Numbered from the stretch's first letter, positions 1-11,323 are shown. The stretch: DNA of 64,000 nucleotides from Octopus sinensis (GCF_006345805.1 NC_043019.1:28953360-29017359), one strand, 5' to 3'. Notes: generated from the sequence alone by a model not told the origin. Program-made: numbers and translations.

Positions 1-1484
1 ATATTTATAAATATATATTTATACAAATACATACATACACACACATATATATATATATATATATATGCATATATGCACACACACACACACATGTGCACAC
101 CAGTACTTAAAGAGATAAGAACTTCCGTATCAAAATGATATTCAGACACACTGTTTACACAGATAGAGAGAAATGGTGTATACAATTTATACAAAAGACT
201 CAACGTTTTCAATGCAAGTGACAGTAGGGTTGTTGCAATATCGCTAGCAGATCAAAGACATAGGATGTAACAATAATAATAACAACAATACTAATAAGAT
301 TTATATATATTTCCCCCACGAAGTAATTAATTAGCAATCTATATAACACACTGGCTAATGTAACATTTGAAGAAAAAAGAAAACAAAAAAAAAACCAAAA
401 AAAAAAACCAAAAGAATTTCACTGTTTTAGCTTTTTCCAATACCATCAGGCAGAAGAGGAAGAATCATCTGGCTATTTTATATGAAATAAGTGAATAAAA
501 AGATCAAAAGAACAGAATTAAAAAAAATTGTCTGATCGAACTGGTTGTAATGTTTTGATTACATTGTATTGATTGGTTTATTTTGCCATAAGTATGAGGA
601 GATGGAGGGAAGGGAGTAAAGAGAGTGTAAATGTATCATCTTTAAATGGGGTGAAAAAATTCCTGAAAACCTTAAACAGCAACTAAAACATTTTGGAAAA
701 ACATACGTTAAACATTACAAAACAAAAAAAAAGAAAAAACTATGAATAAACAATCTTAAATCATCCCCAAGAAAACTCCTTTAAATAATATCAACAAAAA
801 ATTTCATCAAAAAGAACAAAAAAGTTTCCAGAAAACAACTATCTTTTTTTTTAAAAAAAAATTCCTTAAAAGATATCAAACCCATAAAAAACAACCAGAA
901 AACCTTGATAATAAAAATTACAAAAGCAAACAATAAAAAAAAAACATTAAAAAATCTCAACTAAAATAACCCATTAAAACAAAAAATATAAAAAACAACC
1001 AGACAAAAAGCCATGTAAACATACCCCCCCACCACCACCATTACTACTAACCAAAGGAAATGAGATCAAACATTTATGAGAAATCAAACCAATGGAATGT
1101 CCTTAAAATATGAGACACAGAACTTTGACATAAACCTATTTGCTTTGTTATCTTCTTCATGGGCCCCGAAGACATGGCTAGAGAAAAATACTACAAAGTG
1201 GGACATGGATAAGTAGCCTGGGTTCTGTAGCATAGGGGAAATACAGAAATGAATTTACACACACAGAAAAGTACCCAGCCTTTCATTTGCAAGCGTCATT
1301 TCAGTTATTTCGACCACTTGTAACTGCTGAACGAAGGAGGTGCATCAGTCGATTGTTGGCTGCATTGTCCTCACCACATTAGTTGATTGTAAGATTGCAT
1401 TGAGTGAATATCTCTAGTCTTTTCTGCAAGATGATGTACTCAGTAATGGAAAGAATGGAGATGGTGGAAGCATATGTGAGAATG

Positions 1485-1723
1485 CTTTTTAAGGCGGCGA
1501 GCTGGCAGAAACGTTAGCATGCCGGGCGAAATGCATAGCCGTATTTCGTCTGCTGTTACGGTCTGAGTTCAAATTCCACCGAGGTCGACTTTGTCTTTCA
1601 TCCTTTCGGGGTCGATAAATCAAGTACCAGTTATGCACTGGGGTTTATGTAATCGACTTAATCCGTTTGTCTGTCCTAGTTTCTCCCCTCTGTGTTTAGC
1701 CCATTGTGGGTAGTAAAGAAATA
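1485..1723 (+). mobile_element. Full-length SINE family B (head AAGGCGGCGAGCTGGCAG) with 22-bp TSD
   Basis: tRNA-like B-box (gagttcaaattcc). Identical flanks ggtggaagcatatgtgagaatg at 1463-1484 and 1724-1745. Confidence 0.9.
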
Positions 1724-2254
1724 GGTGGAAGCATATGTGAGAATGGGTTCTGTTAAGCATATTTTGTATTTGCACTACTCCAAAGAACCTGGGCTACTTT
1801 TGTCGTGTACCACCCTGTAGTATCTATATATACCTGTGTCTTAAGTTATACATACCACCTTGCTTCATATTAACCTCATCATTCAAAATACAGAAAACAG
1901 AAAACGTTTATTTCAATAGTAAAACTAAAGCAGTGCTGAAATGGCAAACTTGTTTGAGTGTCAAATCAAATGCTGTGCAGTATTATTTCGGCTCTCAACA
2001 CTCAGAGTTCAAATGCTGCCAAAGTCAACAAACTAGCAGTCAAATACTAGAGGTGGTTATTCTGCTTGTCTGTCTTTCTTACTACAAAGTGGTTACATTG
2101 CATTGTGGGAATGGTTGTGAATGACCATATATAGTATATCTGTCTCCAGAAATGAAAACGAGTTTGAGGGAGAGACTAGCAACCTATTTATCCATCCGTC
2201 CATCCATTTTCTCTACCACTGTTCCTAGGAAGGTCATGGTAGGAGAGTTCTCAG

Positions 2255-2545
2255 GCCCCTCCTCCATAGGATCCTGTCAAAAATAATAATCATTACCCTT
2301 TCTGGTTTGATTCCCAAGTCTGGTCAACTGAGATTATGGATATTGTCCAGCCATCTTGTTCTTGACCTATCCCTAAGTTTCCTGCCAGATAGCTCGGTTT
2401 GAAGAATCTGTTTTGTGATTCTTCCCCGTGATAATTTACTCACATATCCACAGTACCAGAGCTGTGATTTCTCAATGCAACCTATCTTTATGATAGTCGA
2501 TTTATACCTTGTAATATTGAGTATATAAGAAACTGTGTGGAAGCC
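2255..2545 (-). mobile_element. RTE-clade LINE 3' remnant
   Basis: Peptide IEKSQLWYCGYVSKLSRGRITKQILQTELSGRKLRDRSRTRWLDNI resembles the RTE C-terminal pattern (QLRW.GHV.R...KQIL...G.R.RGRP..RW.D). Confidence 0.75.
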
Positions 2546-2870
2546 TTTAGAGATTGTCAACCAAACACTGGTTTATCATTTTTCATACCAATGTTTACAT
2601 CCTTTGCTCACACACACACGTGTGTGTGTATGCAATAGATTTCTACATAGTTTCCACTTATGAAATTCCATTCATATGGTGTTGGTCAATTGAAGGCATA
2701 AAATGCCAAGTAGTGGAACTGAACCAAGAACCATGTGAGTGCAGAGCAAAGCTTTTTAGCCATACACAACCATACCTGTGCTCATGCCAGATATCCATAG
2801 AACAAACATTAATAGTTCATTTTTGGATTTGGTTTGCAAGATTCTTTATATGAGTTCGTATGTTGAAGCA

Positions 2871-3016
2871 TATTCTGTTGTGTCTGGGGAGAGTCATTTT
2901 CTTTTTGTGCCTTATAATTTAACACACTCACCGGTAAAATTTCCACTTATTTCTTATTTTTATTTTAAATTATAAGGCACAAAAAGAAAATGACTCTCTC
3001 CAGACACAACAAAATA
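2871..3016. mobile_element. MITE with 52-bp terminal inverted repeats
   Basis: 2871-2922 is the reverse complement of 2965-3016 with 2 mismatches. TA at both ends. Confidence 0.8.
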
Positions 3017-3251
3017 TTAATAGAATTAGTACTAAGATAGTATAAAACCCTAAATATGTTTTCCTTTTGCACAAATCCCTTATGTACAAGTTTCATTTAA
3101 ACCTAGTAAGTCACAGAAACAATAAATTAAGAACAGCCACATTACCACTGCAGTGTAAACAAACAAAAGAGGAAAAACAAACAAAAATACAACAAAACAC
3201 TCCAAATGGTACAAACAGAAGCTACGAGGAACAAGAATTATATAATCTCAC

Positions 3252-3408
3252 CTTCAGAATTTGGTCTCCTTCTACAAGACCTTCTTTTTCAGCACCACTA
3301 CCTGGATGAACAGAAGCGATGAAAATTCCAGTTGCATTTCCTCCAGCCAACCGCAATCCAAGACCAACTTCAGGATCCTTGCGAAAAGTCACATATCTAG
3401 GTTCGGTT
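3252..3408 (-). CDS. TJP1: ZO-1-like exon, PDZ3 N-terminal half ([52 protein letters not shown])
   Basis: LRLAGGN.GIF...EGL.EGDQIL is the ZO PDZ3 signature. Acceptor tttattcttcag, donor AAG|gtgaga. 157 nt, phase 2 to 0. Confidence 0.97.
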
Positions 3409-3562
3409 CTGAAGAATAAAAAGAAGACCCACCAAATTTTTTTTAAATGCACAATACAAAATATGCTTAACAGAACCCATTCTCACATATGCTTCCACCA
3501 TTTCCATTCTTTCCATTATTGAGTACATCATCTTGAAGAAAAGACTCGAGATATTCACTTAA

Positions 3563-3758
3563 TCAGTCAAATGTAATGCTTATTTATTTATATTGGAATC
3601 AATCAGACGTTGTCTCATAGTTTTGAAATTTTGATGATGTGACTGTTTAATTTTAGAATGATGTTATAGGTCAGATGTAACAGACTGGATCTGGTTGGTT
3701 TGAACATAAAACAGGTAGAATATTTGGACCAGACATGGTCAGTTTAAATGCCAAAGGG
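3563..3758. mobile_element. piggyBac-like MITE (left end degraded)
   Basis: Right end ...gccaaaggg followed by TTAA. Body similar to the intact copies at 49634 and 53174. Confidence 0.7.
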
Positions 3759-3768
3759 TTAAATTTAC

Positions 3769-3798
3769 CTGCTACTTCGTTTCTTCCCTATGTATGAC
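3769..3798 (-). CDS. TJP1: 30-nt symmetric mini-exon of the ZO-1-like gene (E-SYIGKKRSS-R)
   Basis: Strong acceptor tatttttttttcttttccag, donor CAG|gtaaat. Phase 2 to 2, no stop, preserves the frame between exons 6160-6448 and 3252-3408. Confidence 0.8.
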
Positions 3799-5159
3799 CT
3801 GGAAAAGAAAAAAAAATACATATCAGAAATAATGTCAAACCACATCATTTTTTCTTCTTTACACTCAGAATAAAATACAAAAGACTAAAAATCACAGTAT
3901 TTATTGGCTGTAGTCCAATGACTAGAACAAGTAAAAGATATGATTTTTTTTTACATAGACTTTCCAGAAACTGTGTGAAACCTAGATATTGAACCAATCC
4001 TGGTCTTGGAATAAGTACACTATATCTCTGCATGTTGTAAGACATGACAAAAATGGTTGGCAATGAGAAAAGCATCTAACTGTAAAAGTATTATCAGGGC
4101 CAAATGAGCCACGACCCAGAGGCTCCCAAGCTTGGAGGCCTCAAGTATTGGGAGGAGGGCATTTATCTCAGAGAAGCTAAAAAACTTGGGGTTAGAAATT
4201 TAAAAAAAATATACTCAAGCAATCAAATAAATAACCTGGTATCATTGTTTTTACTCATTTAAATTTTTCTTAATCAAATAGAGTTCTTTTAAAATTCTTG
4301 AGACCTCTCTTGATTCATTGGATCCTTTTAGTTTTGGGGTCCTTATTATTACCTTATACTTTGAATTAGCCAAACTAAAGGGTCCCCAAAGCCTATTGGC
4401 TCAAGAGCTCCACTAAGTCTAAATCTGGCCCTGAATATGATAAGAAAATTGTCATGGAGCCTACAAGAGCTAAAACTCCTTTAAAATAGTGTTGTTGTCA
4501 CATAGACTTCAGAAATCCAATCAAATTCATGGTTATATGCCATCCTAATCCTCTCTGGATACATTTAGAGTCTTATACAGATGATCCTGATTTGCAATCT
4601 CACACAGAATATGTTCAGAATAGTGTGATATATATATATATATAGGGCGAGAGAGAGGGGAGTTATAGTGAAAAAGAAAGATAGGAAGAGGAAGAAGAGT
4701 TATTATGAGAAAGGGAGAAAGAAGGAAAGAGAGAGAGAGAGAGAAGGAGAGAAACCTGTTGATCTTCTCAAATATTTAAAATAGAGATTTTTTGATTTTT
4801 CTGATGAGGAAATTAAATAAAAGTTGTTATTGCCAAAAAATATATTTTAACAAAAGCAACAGAGGAACATACACACACACACACCTATTCTCACATACAT
4901 ACATGGCTTTTTTTTTAAACATAAATGCATCAATTATCCTTCGTTTTGTTTCTCCAATTCTTCCTGTTTGAAATATCAATCTCTTTATCTCTCTCTCTCC
5001 TCCTTTCTTCCTCCCTCCCTCCTGCTCTCTCTCTCGTCTTACTCTTTCTGCTTTATGGCTCCCCCTCTCTTTATCTCTCTTACATAATATACTGCACTTT
5101 GTTTACATTTACCCATCCAGTGTAATTCATAATTAAATGATTCTAGGGACTACTTATAT

Positions 5160-5161
<2 letters not shown>

Positions 5162-5235
<74 letters not shown>
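5162..5235. repeat. (GA)n microsatellite
   Basis: About 37 uninterrupted GA units. Confidence 0.98.
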
Positions 5236-5237
<2 letters not shown>

Positions 5238-5271
5238 CAAAGGGTAACAGAACGAAGAGTATACAGTTACC

Positions 5272-5552
5272 CTCCCCATTCTCCTGATTTGGCTTCATCT
5301 GACCATCATCAGTTCCCCAATATGAAAGAAGACTTGGCTGGAAACCAGTATCGTAGTGATGACAACATCATATCTGCTGTTTATGACTTGTTTTTGAGCA
5401 ACAGGATGAAAGCCTCTTCACCAATGGGATCCAAGCACTGCAACACAGATGGGAGAAGTGTGTGGGGTGCAAGGAGGTCTATGTTGAAAAATAAGCCTCA
5501 ACTGGTCACATTCTATGAGAGTATCTTGGCTAGTCTATATGAATTTTTCAGC
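5272..5552 (+). mobile_element. mariner transposase 3' remnant with degraded right TIR
   Basis: Translates PHSPDLASSDHHQFPNMKEDLAG (the YSPDLAPSD motif), then after a frameshift ...GIQALQHRWEKCVGCKEVYVEK*. Ends tttttcagccaaccct. Confidence 0.85.
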
Positions 5553-5560
5553 CAACCCTT

Positions 5561-5964
5561 AGGAGTGGCTGTGTGGTAAGTAGCTTGCTTACGAACCACA
5601 TGGTTCCGGGTTCAGTCCCACCGCGTGGCACCTTGGGCAAGTGTGTTCTACTATAGCCTCGGGCTGACCAAAGCCTTGTGAGTGGATTTGGTAGACGGAA
5701 ACTGAAAGAAGCCCATCGTTTATATGTATATATGTATGTGTGTGTATGTATGTGTGTATATGTTTGTGTGTCTGTGTTTGTCCCCCCAACATCGCTTGAC
5801 AACCGATGCTGGTGTGCTTACGTCCATGTAACTTAGTGGTTCGGCAAAAGAGACCGATAGAATAAGTACTAGGCTTACAAAGAATAAGTCCTGGGGTCGA
5901 TTTGCTCAACTAAAGGCGGTGCTCCAGCATGGCCACAGTCAAATGACTGAAACAAGTAAAAGAG
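5561..5964 (+). mobile_element. SINE family A (head GGAGTGGCTGTGTGGTAAG, internal TA/TG tract, AAAAGAGT tail)
   Basis: tRNA-like A/B boxes (ggttcagtccc). At least 12 similar copies in the window. Confidence 0.92.
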
Positions 5965-5980
5965 TATGTATGTATGTATG

Positions 5981-6011
<31 letters not shown>

Positions 6012-6159
6012 TATATACTCATAAGCTAAGATCTACTGAAAGGGATAATGCCATAGAGAGGGGAGGAGTTGAGAGAGAGAGAGAGAGAAAGAGAGGGGCA
6101 AACAAACAAAGCTGAGAAAGGTAAAAAGAAAGAAGGAAAAAATGAAGTAGACTGCTTAC

Positions 6160-6448
6160 TCAGTTGGCTGTGATCTGTTGAAAGTAACAGGAGGTTGTAT
6201 GTCATTCTCTGGTTCTTTGCTGCTATAAGGCTGTTTATGAGCTTGTGGACTTCGTTCATAGTGTGACTCAAGGAGCTGGTCAGAGTGACGCTGTCGAGGC
6301 GCCGTGCCATACCGCTCCTCCCTCGATTCATATGGATTCTCATGCAAATGACCCCGGTTTTCAATGTCGCTATAGTAGTTGTTGTGCTTTACTTGTGATG
6401 CATAAAAGTCGTCTGGATGTAAGAAGTCTTTACCTGTTGGAATCATAT
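6160..6448 (-). CDS. TJP1: ZO-1-like exon, PDZ2-PDZ3 linker (MIPTGKDFLHPDDFYASQ...PPVTFNRSQPT-E)
   Basis: Acceptor tttccttctgtttag, donor TGA|gtaagc. 289 nt, phase 1 to 2. Matches ORF 6156..6446. Confidence 0.9.
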
Positions 6449-6543
6449 CTAAACAGAAGGAAATTAAAAGAGGTTAATTATATTATTAAAGTTGAGCTTT
6501 TCAGTACAGTTAAGAATGAAAAAAAATGTAAGATTGAGTAAAT

Positions 6544-6838
6544 ATTGTGAGTGGATTTGGTAGACGGAAACTGAAAGAAGCCTGTCGTATATATGTATTT
6601 ATATGTATGTGTGTGTGTTTGTGTGTCTGTGTTTGTTCTAGCATTGCTTGACAACCGATGCTGGTGTGTTTACGTCCCCGTCACTTAGCAGTTCGGCAAA
6701 AAGAGACTGATAGAATAAGTACCGGGGCTTACAAAAAAAATAAGTCCCGGGGTCGAATTGCTCGACTAAAGGCGGTGCTCCAGTATGGCCGCAGTCAAAT
6801 GACTGAAACAAGTAAAAGGGTAAAAGAGTAAAGAGTAA
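6544..6838 (+). mobile_element. SINE family A, 5'-truncated
   Basis: Aligns with the 3' two-thirds of 5561-5964. Confidence 0.88.
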
Positions 6839-7594
6839 CTTTTGAGATGTTCTCAATAGAGTTTTGAAATCATTCAGAAATTTCAAACACATCCAATTCC
6901 ACATATCATGAACTTATGAAGAAAAACAATAAAAAAAAAAATCCTAACACAGACGCACACAACCTTATGTCCATACATGTATCAGTCCAGAGCACATCTT
7001 CATTTGTACAAAACTGGGTTAAATCTATGATGATTGTGTGTGTGTGTGTATCATGTCAATAGGGTGAAGATCTGTGAGGTGTTGTGCAGACCTTATTGGA
7101 TATAAAATTTTAGGTCGTGCAATTATTGCTGAGGCAACTCTCTGAAGCCTGGTCATGTAGGAAGGTGCTACTGTGAGCATGGAAGCTGCGAATGTGAACC
7201 TAGGTGAAGTTGACTGCTGGTGCAATAATCTTATACACAGGCATTACTGGCATTTTGTATGGGCAATGGTCAGAGATGATCTTGCTTGGTCACAAGTGGA
7301 CAGCCATCATCATCGTCACAGATATATGTCATCGCCATCATCATTGTTTAAATGTTAACTTTTCTATGATTGCATGGGTCAGACAGAATTCAGAGAGGTA
7401 GGTTTTCTACAGTTTAATGCCCTTCCTAAAAAAGATAATATTTCCCCAAGACCCATCGTAGGTCATTTGTATGCACATCATAAAGATAGGCAACTGTGTT
7501 CCTCAATACACTAGGTAGACACATGATTTGGATCTCATCATTGAGCCTATTTTTTAAAACTTTTTTCCCTTGTTTTTAATATATATCTCATAGG

Positions 7595-8020
7595 CATAGA
7601 CATAGGCCTGTGGTAAGAAGTTTGCATCCTAACCACATGGTTCCGGTTTCAGTCCTACTATGTGGAACCTTGGGTAAGTGCCTCCTATTATAGCCCAAGG
7701 CTGACCATATGGGTAGGCATTGCATATGGATTTCAAAAAGTGAAAGAAGTTCATCATATGTGAATGTGTGTGTGTGTGTGTGTCTGTGCATGTGTGCATG
7801 CAGTCATTGTGCTTATGCTTGTTGCACCCTACCACTGCTTGGCAACCAATATTGGTTTGTTTATGTCCCTCATAACTGAGCAGTTTGGAATAAGAGACCA
7901 CGAGAATAACTACCAGGCTTAAAAAAAAACAGAGAAGGGGGTTGATTCATTTGACTAAAAACCCTGCAAGGTGGTAGCCCCAGCATGGCAATTGTCCAAT
8001 GAGTAAAACAAGTAAAAAAT
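7595..8020 (+). mobile_element. SINE family A, diverged copy
   Basis: Collinear but degenerate match to the family A consensus. Confidence 0.75.
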
Positions 8021-8099
8021 AGCAGATACAAAGTAATCTCAAATAGTGAGACACAGGTAAGAGAAACTGTAGTGTCTAAAGACGAAGCTGTTTTATTAC

Positions 8100-8387
8100 C
8101 TGAATCAAGTTCTTGGGGTAAAGGTGGCCGAGGCGGTGGTGGTTCTTGATTGTACATGTACCGACTTTCATATCTTGATGATGCATTAGGGTGGTCACGA
8201 CTCGCACTAATTGGACCAGGGCCAGGCAGTAGAATGTCACCATGGGAATGGTGCATTCGATGCAGACCGGGGGGTCCCAGCGAATTCGTCTCATCTTCAT
8301 TTAATGCTCTGCTCTGATGCGGCCGGTAAATATTGATATCTTCTTTTTCTAACGATCTTTTTAAGATCCCATATCTAGACGAATAAT
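8100..8387 (-). CDS. TJP1: ZO-1-like exon, PDZ2-PDZ3 linker, Pro-rich (YSSRYGILKRSLEKED...NQEPPPPRPPLPQELDS)
   Basis: Acceptor tttcttcttttaattag, donor CAG|gtaata. 288 nt, phase 1 to 1, open frame overlapping ORF 7870..8256. Confidence 0.9.
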
Positions 8388-8544
8388 CTAATTAAAAGAA
8401 GAAAGGAAAAGCATTTATAATAGTTCCTACACCCATAGCTGGATTATTTAGAAGCTCACTTTGCAAACATCTGGGTTCTATATTCAATCTCACTGTGTCT
8501 TAGGCAAGTGTCTTCCTGTGTAGCCTTAGGCTGACCAACACTTT

Positions 8545-8682
8545 CATCATCATCATCATCATTGTTTAACGTCCGCTTTCCATGCTAGCATGGGTTGGAC
8601 GATTTGACTGAGGACTGGCGAACCAGATGGCTGCACCAGGCTCCAATCTTGATCTGGCAGAGTTTCTACAGCTGGATGCCCT
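8545..8682 (-). mobile_element. SINE-like family D fragment ((GAT)n tail; AGGAAGGGCATCCAGCTGTAGAAAC core)
   Basis: Near-identical to 32410-32605 and to the reverse complement of 46571-46775. Confidence 0.8.
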
Positions 8683-10460
8683 GAGAGAAACCCAATAAAT
8701 ATACATGTATATATTATTATTATTAGAAACGGCTTGATTTGGTCCCATGTGACTTAAAAGTTTAATAGGCTTCTTATGGAAACCTAGCTCATAGGAATCA
8801 GTTAACCAAATATAGGGATGTGTCCTTCCATTCAGTTAACTGAGTCCAATGGACTCTGTTTCAGTAAGAGGCCTATGAAACTTTAAGCCACAGGGGGCCA
8901 CATCAAACTATTTCAAATAATGATATATGAAACACCTACTAAATGTGTTGAGTGCCTCTTTCTTTCATTTCTCCACTCAACCATACACATACACACAAAC
9001 ACATGCACACACGTGTGTGTGTGTTTATTAACAGGTAAACTTACTCTCCTATTGTTTAAAGTTCCATAGACATAAATCATTGTATACATTTGTGTACATC
9101 AGAGAAAAACAGTATGTCACATTGCATCACTTCATATAAAAAAACCGAAAAGGTAACCTAGCCATTTGATAAACACAGATTAATTAAAAATAATAATGGA
9201 ATGGAAAAGGTACTGAAGGCACTAGCATCAATATAATCAGCTAAAAATATTTGAAGGCGATGACCCAGCAAATCACCCAGTGGCCAATGACTGAAACTAG
9301 TAAATGAGGAAAATAATTATTTCAGCACGATTAATTAAGCTCACATAATAAGCGAACAAATACAGTCTCAGCTATGAGGTTATAAGTTTCTTATGTAACC
9401 ACATGGGTCCAGGCTAAATCCCACTTTGTTGTACTTCAGACAGAAACCATGCAGCTGTCCATAGAAATGATCTTTAACCTCATCATAATCATTCAACGTG
9501 TCTTTTTTTCATGCTGGCATGGGTTGGGCAGTTTGACAAGAACAGATGAGCCAGAGGGCTCAGTTAGGTTCTCTTTGCTTTGGCATGATTTCTACAGCTG
9601 GATGCCTTTCTTAACACCAACCTCTTAACAGAGTGTACTGGGTGCTTTTTATGTGATACCAGCACTAGTGAGGTCACCAAGTACCTGCAAGATAAGACCT
9701 CTCCAACTGAGCAGTGTAGACTGGAAGAGTGTCTCGCCATTTCTCATCTGTATTCCAAGAGGCATGAGTTATTGGGATTGTTATAGGATGAGCCAGTTCT
9801 TATCTGGAGTCATTATTGTCCGGAGATAGATCACAAGATCATTTTTTTGCTCAAGTGTTCCATTTTGCATATGGTCTCTATGGCTGGATGTCAACCAATT
9901 AACAGAGTGTAGAGGATGCTTTTTCTAACTGCACCAGCACTAATGAAGTGAGGTTGCTTTGTATCTTGAAACATTAAAGAGCCCTTACTACTCTACATTG
10001 TCTCTGTTCATTTAAGGTAATGCATGTGTTGATGTGGGATGGCAAAATTGGTGTGTGAACAAAAATACTTTGCGGCATTCTGATCCATCTCAGTGACACT
10101 AGGTCAGCTTTACCTTCCTGTTCTCATTTGAGTCAATAAAATAAATACCAGGCAAAGTATACTGGAGTCAGTGTATTCAACTAAATCAGTAGAACCAAAC
10201 CGTTCTATTGCATCATGGAACAGTTTCATGCAAGACAGTCTTACCACAAGCATAACAAAAAACACAAAGTGCATAATATATAATTTAATTATTACATATA
10301 CCTTCGTTGTCATTTAACGTCTGTTTTTCATGCAGTAATGGGTTGAATGACTTGACAGGGACTGGCATGGCCAACACCAATCACATTCCATAGTCTGTTT
10401 TGGCATGCTTTCTACAGCTGGATGCTCTTCCTAATGCCAACCACTTTACAGAGTGTACGA

Positions 10461-10860
10461 GGTGCTTTTTATATGGCACCATCACCGGTGCTTTTACATG
10501 GCACCAACACCAGTGCTTTTTATGTGGCACCAGTACCAATGATTTTTACATGGCACCAATACCAGTGCTTTTTATGTGGCACCAGTACCAATGATTTTTA
10601 CATGGCACCAATACCAGTGCTTTTTATGTGGCACCAGTACCAATGATTTTTACATGGCACCAATACCAGTGCTTTTTATGTGGCACCAGTACCAATGATT
10701 TTTACATGGCACCAATACCAGTGCTTTTTATGTGGCACCAGTACCAATGATTTTTACATGGCACCAATACCAGTGCTTTTTATGTGGCACCAGTACCAAT
10801 GATTTTTACATGGCACCAATACCAGTGCTTTTTGCATGGAACCAACACCAGTGCTTTTTA
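10461..10860. repeat. Minisatellite: 26-bp monomers organised as a 52-bp dimeric higher-order repeat
   Basis: accagtgctt recurs at 10509, 10561, 10613, 10665, 10717, 10769 and 10821. Alternating monomers are ggcaccaataccagtgctttttatgt and ggcaccagtaccaatgatttttacat. Confidence 0.97.
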
Positions 10861-11172
10861 TATAATATACATATAATGTAAAAATACCTTGCAGACTGTG
10901 ATAGTGAATAAAAAGGAAATTAAATTAAAATTGTGATTTATTCTGTGTCACCTGGAACCAAATTATCCACCGTCCATTTATTGGGGACCCCTGAACTAAA
11001 TTCTTTGAAGGTGGTGCTGCTGCCAGCACTGTGACAGTCTGATAACTGAAATCAGTTAAAACAGTACTGAAAATATGTTACCTAATTATAGCTTAAATTA
11101 AACTTCATTAACTGTACTTTATTTCCCTGATAATAATATGGAGAGGGAACAATTAAAAGAAGGAAACTTTAC

Positions 11173-11323
11173 CAATTTCTTCTTTCGGTTGACTATTCTG
11201 TCGTTTGTGTCTGCCGCCATCTGTTTTTTTCTTTGTAATTAATAAATGAAGTTTGTCTTTTGTTTTTTCTATCAACCTTTTGGCATCTGTTATTGAAATG
11301 TTATCGACAGGGGTGGCATTTAT
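11173..11323 (-). CDS. TJP1: ZO-1-like exon, PDZ2 C-terminal half (INATPVDNISITDAKRLIEKTKDKLHLLITKKKTDGGRHKRQNSQPKEEI-D)
   Basis: Acceptor ttctattacaacag, donor TTG|gtaaag. 151 nt, phase 0 to 1. Resembles ZO-1 INGTVTENMSLTDAKTLIE. Not in the ORF track. Confidence 0.95.

Noticed and set aside
1-3251. Search for the second half of PDZ3
   Set aside because: No matching exon found. It presumably lies beyond the window start.
5561-5640. tRNA-like A/B boxes at SINE heads
   Set aside because: No complete cloverleaf, and each continues into a SINE body, so they were not called as tRNA genes.
5589-5909. Recurrent ORFs ending ...TCPRCHAVGLNPEPCG (also at 13164, 30386, 39158, 47915 and 51240)
   Set aside because: They are antisense translations of SINE A. 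The recurrence reflects repeat copy number, not a gene family.
10400-10646. ORFs with repeated CGTSTNDFYMAPIPVLFMWHQYQ-like units
   Set aside because: They are translations of the 52-bp minisatellite, with no splice context or homology.
10461-10860. Regular repeat array resembling CRISPR
   Set aside because: There are no unique spacers and no cas genes. It is a pure tandem repeat in a eukaryotic intron.
10888-10895. 8-nt AG/GT-flanked segment tctgcaag, and a 4-nt one at 9045-9048
   Set aside because: Neither preserves the frame alone. Combining them would be overfitting without RNA data.
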